This document shows positions 30,722 to 39,518 of a DNA stretch of 64,000 nt, in pieces. This DNA comes from Clostridia bacterium (lineage in GTDB: Bacteria > Bacillota > Clostridia > Christensenellales > CAG-314), in contig JAVVRZ010000003.1 of the NCBI GenBank assembly GCA_036654455.1, positions 108,357-172,356 on the forward strand, written 5' to 3'. Within the stretch, counting starts at the first letter, position 1. Each line of letters begins with the position of its first letter. The position numbers and the translations under genes were made by a program. Under the pieces are notes generated by a model. The model was not told the origin of the DNA. It saw only the letters and a program-made list of their open reading frames with translations, and did no database searches.

Positions 30722-31796
30722 TATTCTTAAAACTGCGATTATTCTTTGCGCAGGCAGTTCAACACGTTTTGGAACAGATAAATTGTTTGTCAAATATCTT
30801 GGCAAAGAGTTAATTACTCATACCGTTAATAAATTTGCAGGTTTGGCAGAACAAATAATAATTGTAGCTAGTAAAGACAATATCGCTAGACTGCAAGAAT
30901 TATTTGGCGACTACGAATTTGCCATTGGCGGTAAGACTCGGCAAGAATCGACTAAAATTGGGCTTAGTTTGTGCAAAGGCGAAATTGTGGCTATTCACGA
31001 CGGCGACCGACCTTTTGTAAGTCAAGAATTGATTAATTTGTGTTTTGAACAAGCTAAACAATACGGTAGCGCAGTTCCGGCTCTTGCTCCTACCGACACA
31101 ACATATTTTAATGGCGTTCCGCAAGAACGTGACAAATATTTGCTTACTCAAACGCCTCAGGTCTTTAATAAAGAGGCGATTTGTAAAGCCTACGAAAAAG
31201 TTTCTTGCGATTTTACCGACGACGCTAGCGTATATTATCAAAGTTACGGCTTGGTCAACTTTATTATGGGCGAAAGGACTAATATCAAAGTCACTTACGC
31301 AAGCGATTTACCGCCTAGCTCGATTGGATACGGCTACGACATACACCGACTGGGACAGAATCGTAAACTTATACTCGGGGGTATAACTATCCCCTATTCG
31401 CTTGGGCTAATTGGTCATAGCGACGCCGACGTAGCGCTACACGCAGTTATTGACTCTTTGCTTTCCGCCGCCTCGCTTAAAGATATCGGGCAATATTTCC
31501 CCAACACCGACGACAAGTATAAAGATATATCTAGCTCGATATTGCTTGCAAAGACGCTAGAAATATTTACTCAAAACGGTTACGGTTTGCTTAGTCTTGC
31601 CCTAGCTATCGTATGCGAAAAACCAAAACTTGCTAGCTATGTCGACCAAATTAAGCAAAATATAGCTAGACTTACCAACCTCGAATTAAATCAAATAGGC
31701 GTAAGCGTAACTACCGCCGAAGGAATAGGCGAAATAGGCGAAAATCAAGCCATAGCGTGCAGGGCGACTTGTCTTGCCTACAAACTAATAAAATAA
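30714..31796 (+). CDS. ispDF: Bifunctional IspD/IspF (MEP cytidylyltransferase / MEcPP synthase fusion)
   Basis: The N-terminal half has AIILCAGSSTRFG (IspD P-loop). The C-terminal half has GYGYDIHRL...GHSDADVALHAVIDSLL (IspF zinc/Asp-His motif). GTG start overlaps the rqcP stop. Confidence 0.9.
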   Translation: MSNILKTAIILCAGSSTRFGTDKLFVKYLGKELITHTVNKFAGLAEQIIIVASKDNIARLQELFGDYEFAIGGKTRQESTKIGLSLCKGEIVAIHDGDRPFVSQELINLCFEQAKQYGSAVPALAPTDTTYFNGVPQERDKYLLTQTPQVFNKEAICKAYEKVSCDFTDDASVYYQSYGLVNFIMGERTNIKVTYASDLPPSSIGYGYDIHRLGQNRKLILGGITIPYSLGLIGHSDADVALHAVIDSLLSAASLKDIGQYFPNTDDKYKDISSSILLAKTLEIFTQNGYGLLSLALAIVCEKPKLASYVDQIKQNIARLTNLELNQIGVSVTTAEGIGEIGENQAIACRATCLAYKLIK

Positions 31797-31843
31797 TATT
31801 AAACTGACAAAACTATAATTGAACTATTTAACCGAAAAATAAT

Positions 31844-31880
31844 AATTCCTCTTGAAACTTTTTCAAGAGGAATTTTAATA
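31844..31880. terminator. Bidirectional terminator between convergent ispDF and recR
   Basis: AATTCCTCTTGAAA-loop-TTTCAAGAGGAATT + TTTAAT. Confidence 0.7.
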
Positions 31881-32026
31881 AAGATTATTTTTATAATATC
31901 AAGCGCTAATTTATAAAAAGCAAAATTTAACTTTATCTTATTTAGCTATATTGCTTAATTAATTTTTAGCATATATTTATTAATTTTTAGCAACATATCT
32001 TCTACTTATGATTAGTTAAATAAATT

Positions 32027-32617
32027 TTAAATTTCTTTTCTATTTTCAAGCGCCCGACCTAGCGTTACTTCGTCGGTATATTGTAAATCCGAACCGATTG
32101 CTACGCCCTGCGCAAGCCTTGTGACCTTTACGTTTAAAGGCTTAATTAATCTTGCAAGATACATCGCAGTCGCCTCGCCTTCAACATCGGCGTTAGTAGC
32201 AATAATAATTTCCTTAGTTGACGCTTTGATACGAGAAAGTAAATTTCTAATATTTAATTGATTAGGCCCTATTCCTTCCATTGGATTAAGCGCACCGCCT
32301 AAAACGTGATAAACGCCTCTATAAGCGCAAGTCTTTTCGATTAAAAGCACGTCCCGAGCTTGACAAACTACGCAAATAGTTGAGTTGTCACGAGAAGAAC
32401 AAATATGGCAGGGGTCAATATCGGTAAAGTTACCGCAAACGCTACAATATTTGACATTCTGCTTAGCGTAAAGTAAGGTTGAAGCAAATTCCGCAACATC
32501 AGCGTCGTTCATTTTCAACACGCTTAAAGCGTACCGTTGAGCTGTTTTTTGCCCGACGGAAGGAAGTTTGGTAAATTGATTGATAAGCTTAGCTATTGGG
32601 TCAATATAGTCATTCAC
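32027..32617 (-). CDS. recR: Recombination protein RecR
   Basis: HhH (LPSVGQKTAQR), C4 zinc finger (CSVCGNFTDIDPCHIC), Toprim domain. Confidence 0.95.
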   Translation of the reverse strand: MNDYIDPIAKLINQFTKLPSVGQKTAQRYALSVLKMNDADVAEFASTLLYAKQNVKYCSVCGNFTDIDPCHICSSRDNSTICVVCQARDVLLIEKTCAYRGVYHVLGGALNPMEGIGPNQLNIRNLLSRIKASTKEIIIATNADVEGEATAMYLARLIKPLNVKVTRLAQGVAIGSDLQYTDEVTLGRALENRKEI

Positions 32618-32622
32618 AATTT

Positions 32623-32958
32623 TTACAGTAGTCCTCCGCCAGCTCCGCCAAACGGCGCAAGTAATTCTTGGGAAAGTTCCTGAGCCTTGTTTGTAGCGTC
32701 GCTAATTGCTACCATAATCAAGTCTTCAAGCATTTCCACGTCGTCCTTGTCGACAACGTCGGGCGAAATAGAAATAGAAAGCACCTTGTATTTGCCGTTT
32801 ACGGTAACTTTGACTGCGCCATTTCCGCTTATTCCTTCGATCTCGCTATCTTCAAGCTCTTGTTGAGCTTCGGCAAGTTTTTGTTGCATAACTTGCGCTT
32901 GTTTCATTAACTGTTGCATATTGGCTCCCCCGCCAAAATTTCCAAATTTGTTTGCCAT
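32623..32958 (-). CDS. ybaB: YbaB/EbfC nucleoid-associated protein
   Basis: 111 aa, QQLMKQAQVMQQKLAEAQQEL..., located between dnaX and recR. Confidence 0.9.
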   Translation of the reverse strand: MANKFGNFGGGANMQQLMKQAQVMQQKLAEAQQELEDSEIEGISGNGAVKVTVNGKYKVLSISISPDVVDKDDVEMLEDLIMVAISDATNKAQELSQELLAPFGGAGGGLL

Positions 32959-33004
32959 AATATACCTCTTTTTTTAAGTTTTTATATTAATTTATAGTTT
33001 AAAT

Positions 33005-34591
33005 TTATTTTATTTCTATGTTTTTCCCGGCAAGCGATATTATGTTGTCAAGCCCGCTTTCGCTTGAACTGTCTTCTTGCAAAACTAGCTCTAACCTAAG
33101 ATTAAAAGTATCAAGAACTTTGGTGATATAACCGCTATATGTCTTATCTTTAAAGATATTCAACTGTGTGCGATTACAGTACATTATAAAATTGTTGTTG
33201 ACTATTTCTACCTTTTTTACGTCGGCGCAAGTAGTTTTTAGCAAGGCAGAGTCAAGTATTCTAACCGTTTCTAAAATTTTACTCCAAACTGCTACGGCGG
33301 AAGAAGTTGTTGGAATGGGCTTAGATTGTTGAGGCTGATTTTGCGATTGGGTTTGTTGCGATTGGGGTTGTTGCGATATAACTTGTTGCGATTGGGTTTG
33401 TTGCGAAAACTCTATTGCTTTGTTGAGTTCCTTAAAGTCAACGCTTAGCAAGCTAAGTTTCTTTTCAAGTTGGGCGACTCTAATTTCTAGCCCGTCTAAA
33501 TCGTCGCTAAGACTATTGGTAGCTAGTCTTGCCGACACAGCTTCGAAAAGAATTTGTGGCGAAAGCGAAGTCCGCAAAGTATATTCTAGTTTGGCAAAAG
33601 TTTCTACGGCTTGCATAAGTTTCTTTGAATTAGTAGTAGCTGTTTGGCTAACAAGTTTGTCAAATAGGTCTTGTGGAAGTCCTAGCATATCAAAGCTGTT
33701 AGAAACCGTTGAAATAATAAGTAAATCTCTAAAATGTCTACATAAGTCTTTGGTAAGCATAGTCATAGACTTACCTAAATTTGACAAAGAAGTTATGGTT
33801 TGCAATAAGCCCGAAACGTCGCCTGCAATAATTTGTTGGCTAAGACTAATTAAAATATCTCGGTTGGTCGCCCCTAAAATATCCATAACGTCTTGGTAAT
33901 CTAGGTCTTGACAAACGGCTACGCAACGGTCGGCGATAGTCAAAGCATCTCTTACGCTTCCTTCGCCTGCGGTTGCGATTGCTTTAACCGCTTGGTTAGT
34001 ATATTTTATAGATAGGTCGTCGAAAATACCGCTAAGTAGGGTTGAAATCTCGCCGGCGCTAACTAGGCGAAAGTCAAACCGCATACAGCGAGAAAGAATC
34101 GTTGCGGGAAACGCTTGTACTTCGGTAGTACAAAGAATAAATATAACGTGTTCCGGCGGTTCTTCAAGCGTCTTTAACAAAGCGTTAAAGGCTTGTTGAG
34201 TAATCATGTGCGCTTCGTCAATAATATAGACCTTATATTTGCCGTTATTTGCGACGTATCCTACTCTTTCGGTTAGTTCTCTTGCAAAACCTACCGAATT
34301 GTTGCTTGCTGCGTCAATTTCGATAATATCAATATTTCCGCCTTTTTCATAATCTAAACACGAGCTACATTCTAAACAAGGATTGCCGTTAGTATTGTTT
34401 TGGCAGTTGATAGCACGGGCAAATATGCGGGCAATTGAAGTTTTTCCCACGCCTCGTGTGCCGTTAAATATATATGCGTGGGACAAATTATTGTTAATAA
34501 TTTGATTTTTAAGCGCAGTTGTAATATGACTCTGCCCTATTACTTGGTCAAATGTGGTCGGGCGATATTTACGGTATAATGCTTGCGTCAT
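33005..34591 (-). CDS. dnaX: DNA polymerase III subunit gamma/tau
   Basis: Walker A GTRGVGKTS, zinc module CLECSSC, DEAHM, SRC motif. A Q-rich repeat linker (QQTQSQQVISQQPQSQQTQSQNQPQQ) is encoded by 15-bp DNA repeats at about 33330-33405. Confidence 0.95.
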   Translation of the reverse strand: MTQALYRKYRPTTFDQVIGQSHITTALKNQIINNNLSHAYIFNGTRGVGKTSIARIFARAINCQNNTNGNPCLECSSCLDYEKGGNIDIIEIDAASNNSVGFARELTERVGYVANNGKYKVYIIDEAHMITQQAFNALLKTLEEPPEHVIFILCTTEVQAFPATILSRCMRFDFRLVSAGEISTLLSGIFDDLSIKYTNQAVKAIATAGEGSVRDALTIADRCVAVCQDLDYQDVMDILGATNRDILISLSQQIIAGDVSGLLQTITSLSNLGKSMTMLTKDLCRHFRDLLIISTVSNSFDMLGLPQDLFDKLVSQTATTNSKKLMQAVETFAKLEYTLRTSLSPQILFEAVSARLATNSLSDDLDGLEIRVAQLEKKLSLLSVDFKELNKAIEFSQQTQSQQVISQQPQSQQTQSQNQPQQSKPIPTTSSAVAVWSKILETVRILDSALLKTTCADVKKVEIVNNNFIMYCNRTQLNIFKDKTYSGYITKVLDTFNLRLELVLQEDSSSESGLDNIISLAGKNIEIK

Positions 34592-35136
34592 TATTTCTCC
34601 TTGTAAATTGAAATTTTCTTTCTAGCTCGTTGAAGCGCAGTAGAAACTGACTTGTAGGTCTTATCGGTAAATGCGCATATCTCATCGATAGAATAACCTT
34701 CTAAATAGTAATTTATTACAGTTTGTTCTAACACAGATAGCTTGGTTGCGATAAATTGTTTGATATTTGTAGCTAAGTCGTTATCTTCGATTGCATCAAA
34801 AGGATTGACTAGACTAATACCGCTTTGTTGTTCTATATTGACGGCAAGAGAAAGCGGTTTATTCTTATCGGCGTTAGATTGAGTAATAGCCGTAAGAACT
34901 CTATGCCTTATACAAGTTCGGGCAAAGTTTACAAAATTACCCTTAGACGAATCATAGTTGTCAATACAATCAAACAAAGCAATCATACCTTCTTGCAATA
35001 AATCTTCTTTATCTCCGCCTAACAGGAATAAGCCATAGCAAATGTTGCGTACTATGGGCTTAAAATATTGGTATAGTTGCTCTTTTGCGTCCTCGTCGCC
35101 TTTTTCTATATCGACAAGCAGTTGTTCAAAATCCAT
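34591..35136 (-). CDS. sigH: Sporulation/stationary-phase sigma factor SigH
   Basis: FLLGGDKEDLLQEGMIALFDCIDNY and NFVNFARTCIRHRVLTAITQS align with B. subtilis SigH. mrnC-rlmB-sigH synteny is conserved. The stop overlaps the dnaX start (TAATG). Confidence 0.85.
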   Translation of the reverse strand: MDFEQLLVDIEKGDEDAKEQLYQYFKPIVRNICYGLFLLGGDKEDLLQEGMIALFDCIDNYDSSKGNFVNFARTCIRHRVLTAITQSNADKNKPLSLAVNIEQQSGISLVNPFDAIEDNDLATNIKQFIATKLSVLEQTVINYYLEGYSIDEICAFTDKTYKSVSTALQRARKKISIYKEK

Positions 35137-35160
35137 TATATTCCTTTTACGGTTGCCTTG

Positions 35161-35868
35161 CTATTTATTTAAATGTTGTCTTACGGCTTCGTATACGACT
35201 ATTCCGCAAGCGACTGAGGCGTTAAGCGAATTTATCTTACCTTGTAAAGCAATTGAGATTGCTCCGTCGCATAGCTGTCTAGTTAGTCTGGACACGCCTT
35301 GTCCTTCGCCCCCTATAACTAGGGCGATATCACCGGTTAAATCGGTAGAGTACATTGACTGACCGTTTGACTCGGCGCAATACACCCAAATATTTTGTTT
35401 TTTAAGTTGCTCGATACAGACATTGATATTTGTAACCCTTGCAACCTTAACATAGGAAGTCGCTCCGCACGACACCCTAACTACGGTATCGTTGACGCAT
35501 ACGCTGTTATTCTTGGGAATAATCACACCGTCTACGCCTGCGCATTCGCAAACTCGCAAAATACTGCCTAAGTTATGAGGGTCAACAATATTATCTAAAA
35601 TTACTATAAAATGTCGGTCTTTTTTGCTTGCTAAAATTTCTTCAACCGAAGAATAAACAAATTCGCTAGCAAAGGCAACAAAGCCTTGATGCGCTCCGCT
35701 TTCGCTTTGCTTGTCAAGAATTTGTTTGTCTACAAATTGAATACGAATATTCTTTTTGCGAGCGAGGGCAATGATTGAGTGATTAATTCCCTCCTGAACC
35801 ATTAATTTGTCTATTGTTAAATTGCCTTTTAAGGCTTCGCTGACTGCGTTACGACCTTCTATCTTCAT
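35161..35868 (-). CDS. rlmB: TrmH-family 23S rRNA 2'-O-methyltransferase (RlmB/YacO-like)
   Basis: SpoU_sub_bind N-terminus and SPOUT motifs (DPHNLGSILR, LVIGGEGQGV, SLNASVA). Confidence 0.85.
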   Translation of the reverse strand: MKIEGRNAVSEALKGNLTIDKLMVQEGINHSIIALARKKNIRIQFVDKQILDKQSESGAHQGFVAFASEFVYSSVEEILASKKDRHFIVILDNIVDPHNLGSILRVCECAGVDGVIIPKNNSVCVNDTVVRVSCGATSYVKVARVTNINVCIEQLKKQNIWVYCAESNGQSMYSTDLTGDIALVIGGEGQGVSRLTRQLCDGAISIALQGKINSLNASVACGIVVYEAVRQHLNK

Positions 35869-35954
35869 ATATCCCCTTTTGGCTGGTTTTTGTTAAATTA
35901 TGTTAGCGATTACTAAATTTTTATTTATTTAAATGGTTAATTACATTAAACGGT

Positions 35955-36362
35955 TTATACTTGCGAGGGAATTATTACGGCTAAATTAAGTAATTCTTCT
36001 AACCTTGCTGACTGACTTGTCAAATATAAATACCCAAACACAGCCTCTAACCCGCTAGCCTTCTTGTAGTCTGCGATTGAAGAGTTTTTGGCTATGGTGT
36101 TGCACTTTGCGTTTCTTGCTCGGGTATAAACCGCAAGTTCTTCTTTGCTTAATATTGGTAGAAGCCTTTCCGCCGACTCGGCTTGCGTGTGGCTCTTGAC
36201 TTGCATAGCCGTTTGCCTATGAAGCTCGCCTGCCTTATAGTCGGTAGAAGTTGCAAGTTTTGCCCTGATAAATAGAGTTTGAACGGCGTCGCCTACAAAA
36301 GCAAGCACAAGAGGATTGAGCAAAGTAGCGTTTTCGTTTGAAGTTGTTTGAAAAAATTGCAA
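35955..36362 (-). CDS. mrnC: Mini-ribonuclease III
   Basis: LNPLVLAFVGDAV RNase III signature, 135 aa, located upstream of rlmB as in B. subtilis yazC. Confidence 0.88.
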   Translation of the reverse strand: MQFFQTTSNENATLLNPLVLAFVGDAVQTLFIRAKLATSTDYKAGELHRQTAMQVKSHTQAESAERLLPILSKEELAVYTRARNAKCNTIAKNSSIADYKKASGLEAVFGYLYLTSQSARLEELLNLAVIIPSQV

Positions 36363-36589
36363 ATTTTACCCCTTTAAAAAATACATTATTTGGTTGTATT
36401 ATATAATATTTAGATAAAAAAGTCAATCTAATACAAAAAAATTGACCAGAAGTAAAATATGAAAGTTCAAAATAAAGACTATATCGCTAGAAATAGAAGT
36501 TGCAAGTAAGAACGATATCGCTAGAAGTATTCGCCGTTTGTTTAAAAAATAAAATTTAAAAGTTTAAGACAAAAACTATACCGATAAAA

Positions 36590-37135
36590 CTAAAAATTGT
36601 AAACAAAGACTATACCGCTAAGAATATTCGCCTTCTGTTTAAAGCCGTATTTTAAATAAAAATTTATGCCTTGCTTATTATTTTTATCGCAAACAAGCAT
36701 AACCGAATGAATGTTTTTACTTAAAAGATGTTTAGCTAAGGCGTCTACAAGAAGCTTTCCGTATCCCCCTCTTTGATAAGTAGGTAGAATATCTATATGC
36801 AGGTGAGCGATGTATTTTTTAAGATATTTCGCTTCAAAAAGATGTCCTAATTTAAATAAAAAACACATTTTAGGACTTATTTTTCTAACTTTCGGCAAAT
36901 AATCGCTCTTAAAAACTTTGTAAAAATTGGTATTGGTCGAACATAAAACATAGCCGACGGCTAGTCCGTTGTCGTCTAATACAAATATATTTTGACTTTC
37001 ACGCTCGGTATAATAGTCATTCCAAAGAATTGGCAAATATTGCTTAGAGCGTTGATTTAGCTCGATATGAGTCGTATCGACGCATATTTGCCTAAGCTGT
37101 GGCTTGTCGCTTGACTTATACGCTCTTATTTGCAT
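36590..37135 (-). CDS. GNAT-family N-acetyltransferase
   Basis: QRGGYGKLLVDAL acetyl-CoA binding motif (Q/RxxGxG/A). 181 aa. Confidence 0.8.
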   Translation of the reverse strand: MQIRAYKSSDKPQLRQICVDTTHIELNQRSKQYLPILWNDYYTERESQNIFVLDDNGLAVGYVLCSTNTNFYKVFKSDYLPKVRKISPKMCFLFKLGHLFEAKYLKKYIAHLHIDILPTYQRGGYGKLLVDALAKHLLSKNIHSVMLVCDKNNKQGINFYLKYGFKQKANILSGIVFVYNF

Positions 37136-37176
37136 AATTTTCTCTCCCTAAACTATAAGCTATTTCAAATTAAAAA

Positions 37177-37647
37177 CTATTTGGCTCTTTTACAAATATG
37201 TTCCTTTACGCATTTTGCCATTAAAATATGGTCGCATACGTTAGGAATATAAAAAGGCAAACCGTAAGAAGTAAACCCGGCTTTAAGATAAAAATCTTGG
37301 GCGTCGACTCGGGAATTGCACCACAAGAAATGCGTCGACCGATTAAGACACAAAAATTCGCAATATTTTATCAAAGCTTGACCGTAACCTTTATGTTGAT
37401 ATTCTTTTTCTATCGCCATACCTCTAAGTTGAAACTGTGGAGAAAAATCAAATGTTTGGTTGCTACTAAGCATTAGCGAAGCGCAACCCACTAAAAGGTC
37501 GCCTATAAAAAGTCCAACGTGAAGCGTAGTCGGGTAGTCGTCGCCTATAAAGTTAACCGCTAAAAGAGATTCTTCCGGACAAAGCAACTTATGACGCAAA
37601 TTATAAATCTCACAAACTTCTACTAAACGCATATTGATTATATCCAT
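37177..37647 (-). CDS. GNAT-family N-acetyltransferase
   Basis: QHKGYGQALIKYCE motif. Start moved to ATG 37647 (AAGGAGAA RBS). The ORF-track start TTG is part of a TTGACA -35 box. Confidence 0.8.
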   Translation of the reverse strand: MDIINMRLVEVCEIYNLRHKLLCPEESLLAVNFIGDDYPTTLHVGLFIGDLLVGCASLMLSSNQTFDFSPQFQLRGMAIEKEYQHKGYGQALIKYCEFLCLNRSTHFLWCNSRVDAQDFYLKAGFTSYGLPFYIPNVCDHILMAKCVKEHICKRAK

Positions 37648-37763
37648 AATTGTGTTCTCCTTGTCTAAAAAAATATCACATTTAAGCGGTTTTGTCAATA
37701 AATTAGCTATTTACAAGTTATAGAAATGTGATATAATGTAATTTACCAAGGAGGGGTAAACTT

Positions 37764-38792
37764 ATGCAAACAAAATTGGAAGTTGGAAAACTTCTTGACG
37801 AAAATGGGCGTCTTAAACAAGCCGGATACGCTACCTTTATGGCAAAGGACTATTGTAGAGAAGACATAAAGGCTGGCAAAATGCGAATAAAAGAATGGGA
37901 CTACTATATAGTGACTAACGGCAAAATTGCCCTCGCTCTTACGGTTGCAGACAATTCCTATATGTCGCTTGCTTCGGCTAGTTTTTTAGATTTAACAAAA
38001 TCTAGTTACAAAACAACTAGCGAAATGAAATTCTTTACTTTTGGCAAACTTAATCTTCCTAGTAGTATTAATGAGGGCGATATTTACTACGACACTAAAC
38101 GAGCCAAAATTCACTTTATTAAAGAAAAAACAAGACGTCAATTAGTATGCGTCTTTAACGAATTTGACAAAAATACTAGGTTAGAAGCAAATTTAATTTT
38201 AACAGACTTTCCAAAAGACTCTATGGTAATCGCTACCCCTTACGCCGAAGACAAACTTGCATTCTACTATAACTGCAAAATAAATTGTATGAAGGCTAGC
38301 GGTTATGTCAAAGTTGGAGATACTAGATATGACTTTGACGAGCAAGACTCGTTTGGCACTCTTGATTGGGGCAGAGGAGTTTGGACATACAAAAATACTT
38401 GGTACTGGGGCAGTTTATCTTGCCAAATAGACGGTCACAAAGTAGGCTTTAATATTGGTTACGGGTTTGGCGACACAAGCTCGGCAAGCGAAAATATGAT
38501 ATTCTACGACGGAATTGCTCACAAGACCGATAGATTGACATTTAATATCCCCAAAAAAGACAACGCCGACGATTTCTTGTCGACTTGGACAATTACAAGC
38601 AACGACAAACGCATAAATCTTAATTTTGTTCCTATAATCGACCGCAAAGATTATACTAATATAGGTATTCTTTGCACTAATCAACATCAAGTTTTTGGTA
38701 AATTTAGCGGGACTCTTACGCTTGACGACGGACAAACAATACAGTTAAATGATTGCGTAGGCTTTGCCGAAAAAGTTTACAACAAGTGGTAG
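37764..38792 (+). CDS. DUF2804 domain-containing protein
   Basis: 342 aa. The N-terminal LDENGRLKQAGYA...IKEWDYYIV pattern and size are typical of DUF2804 (recognised from memory). RBS GGAGGGG. Confidence 0.7.
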   Translation: MQTKLEVGKLLDENGRLKQAGYATFMAKDYCREDIKAGKMRIKEWDYYIVTNGKIALALTVADNSYMSLASASFLDLTKSSYKTTSEMKFFTFGKLNLPSSINEGDIYYDTKRAKIHFIKEKTRRQLVCVFNEFDKNTRLEANLILTDFPKDSMVIATPYAEDKLAFYYNCKINCMKASGYVKVGDTRYDFDEQDSFGTLDWGRGVWTYKNTWYWGSLSCQIDGHKVGFNIGYGFGDTSSASENMIFYDGIAHKTDRLTFNIPKKDNADDFLSTWTITSNDKRINLNFVPIIDRKDYTNIGILCTNQHQVFGKFSGTLTLDDGQTIQLNDCVGFAEKVYNKW

Positions 38793-38882
38793 GACAAAAA
38801 CGATACGCTTAAAATATTAAGCGTAGAATAAATTAAAAAAAGTTATAAGCGATATTTAAAAACAATCAAGACTTGCGTCAAA

Positions 38883-38919
38883 CAAAAAAAACTTTGGTAA
38901 ATTACCAAAGTTTTTTTGT
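38883..38919. terminator. Bidirectional terminator (DUF2804 gene / TSCPD gene)
   Basis: A-run + ACTTTGGTAA-A-TTACCAAAGT + T-run. Confidence 0.75.
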
Positions 38920-39001
38920 TGTAATTATAAATTATTAAAGTTAAAAACCATTGTAGATATAAATTGTATTGAGGTCAAATATTACAAACCAAAAATATGT
39001 G

Positions 39002-39280
39002 TTAGATAAATCTCGTTTGCTTAATAGGTTGAGCTAACTTTTTAGCTTTGTATTGTTTAAGAGCGGTTGCTAATTGGTCGGGACAGCTAGTAGACTTGTT
39101 ACCGCAATGTATGCCCGAAAGCATCTCGATAGCTTTATCAATATCCATACCCTCGACAAGTTTGCTTATGCCTTGAAGATTGCCGTTGCACCCCCCGGTA
39201 TATACTACGTTATGCAGTTTGTTGTCCTCTATTGTAAAATCAATCGATACCGAGCAAGTGCCGGAAGTTAAATATCTCAT
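39002..39280 (-). CDS. TIGR03905-family small TSCPD-domain protein
   Basis: GTCSVSIDFTIEDNKLHNVVYTGGCNGNLQGISKLVEGMDIDKAIEMLSGIHCGNKSTSCPDQLA is the family consensus as I remember it. Confidence 0.8.
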   Translation of the reverse strand: MRYLTSGTCSVSIDFTIEDNKLHNVVYTGGCNGNLQGISKLVEGMDIDKAIEMLSGIHCGNKSTSCPDQLATALKQYKAKKLAQPIKQTRFI

Positions 39281-39350
39281 TAGTTATCCCCTTTTAGTTT
39301 TTTATTTATTATATATTATTATCAACAAATTGACAAGAAAAATTCCCCTT

Positions 39351-39396
39351 AAAATGAGAAATAGGAGTATGTAATTGGGGTAAACTACATATTCCT
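39351..39396 (-). terminator. Terminator of the two-component operon
   Basis: Minus strand: AGGAATATGTA-loop-TACATACTCCT followed by ATTTCTCATTTT. Confidence 0.6.
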
Positions 39397-39518
39397 AAGA
39401 CTCTATCATCATTATAAGGAGGGTCAAACATAACGCATAGCTGTGTCACATTTGTAATCCTAGTATAATTTAACTGTGTGACAAGTTAGTGAAAATAAAA
39501 TGAAGATATGGTTATAAT

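Noticed and set aside
30424-31386. ORFs 30424-30612(-), 30494-30805(-), 30900-31241(-) and 31045-31386(+)
   Set aside because: They overlap rqcP and ispDF in other frames or strands. The rqcP and ispDF frames carry strong family motifs.
33212-33218. A AAA AAG heptamer in the dnaX zero frame (GTA AAA AAG = VKK), identical to the E. coli gamma frameshift site
   Set aside because: It lies at codon ~462 of 528, after the whole Q-rich linker and inside the C-terminal domain. I saw no upstream SD-like stimulator and no downstream hairpin. The -1 frame runs 13 more codons. Firmicutes are not known to make gamma by frameshifting. It is probably coincidental in an A-rich genome.
36235-36426. 63-aa minus-strand ORF overlapping the mrnC 5' end
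   Set aside because: It is an alternative frame over mrnC plus its promoter region, with no RBS and a basic low-complexity translation.
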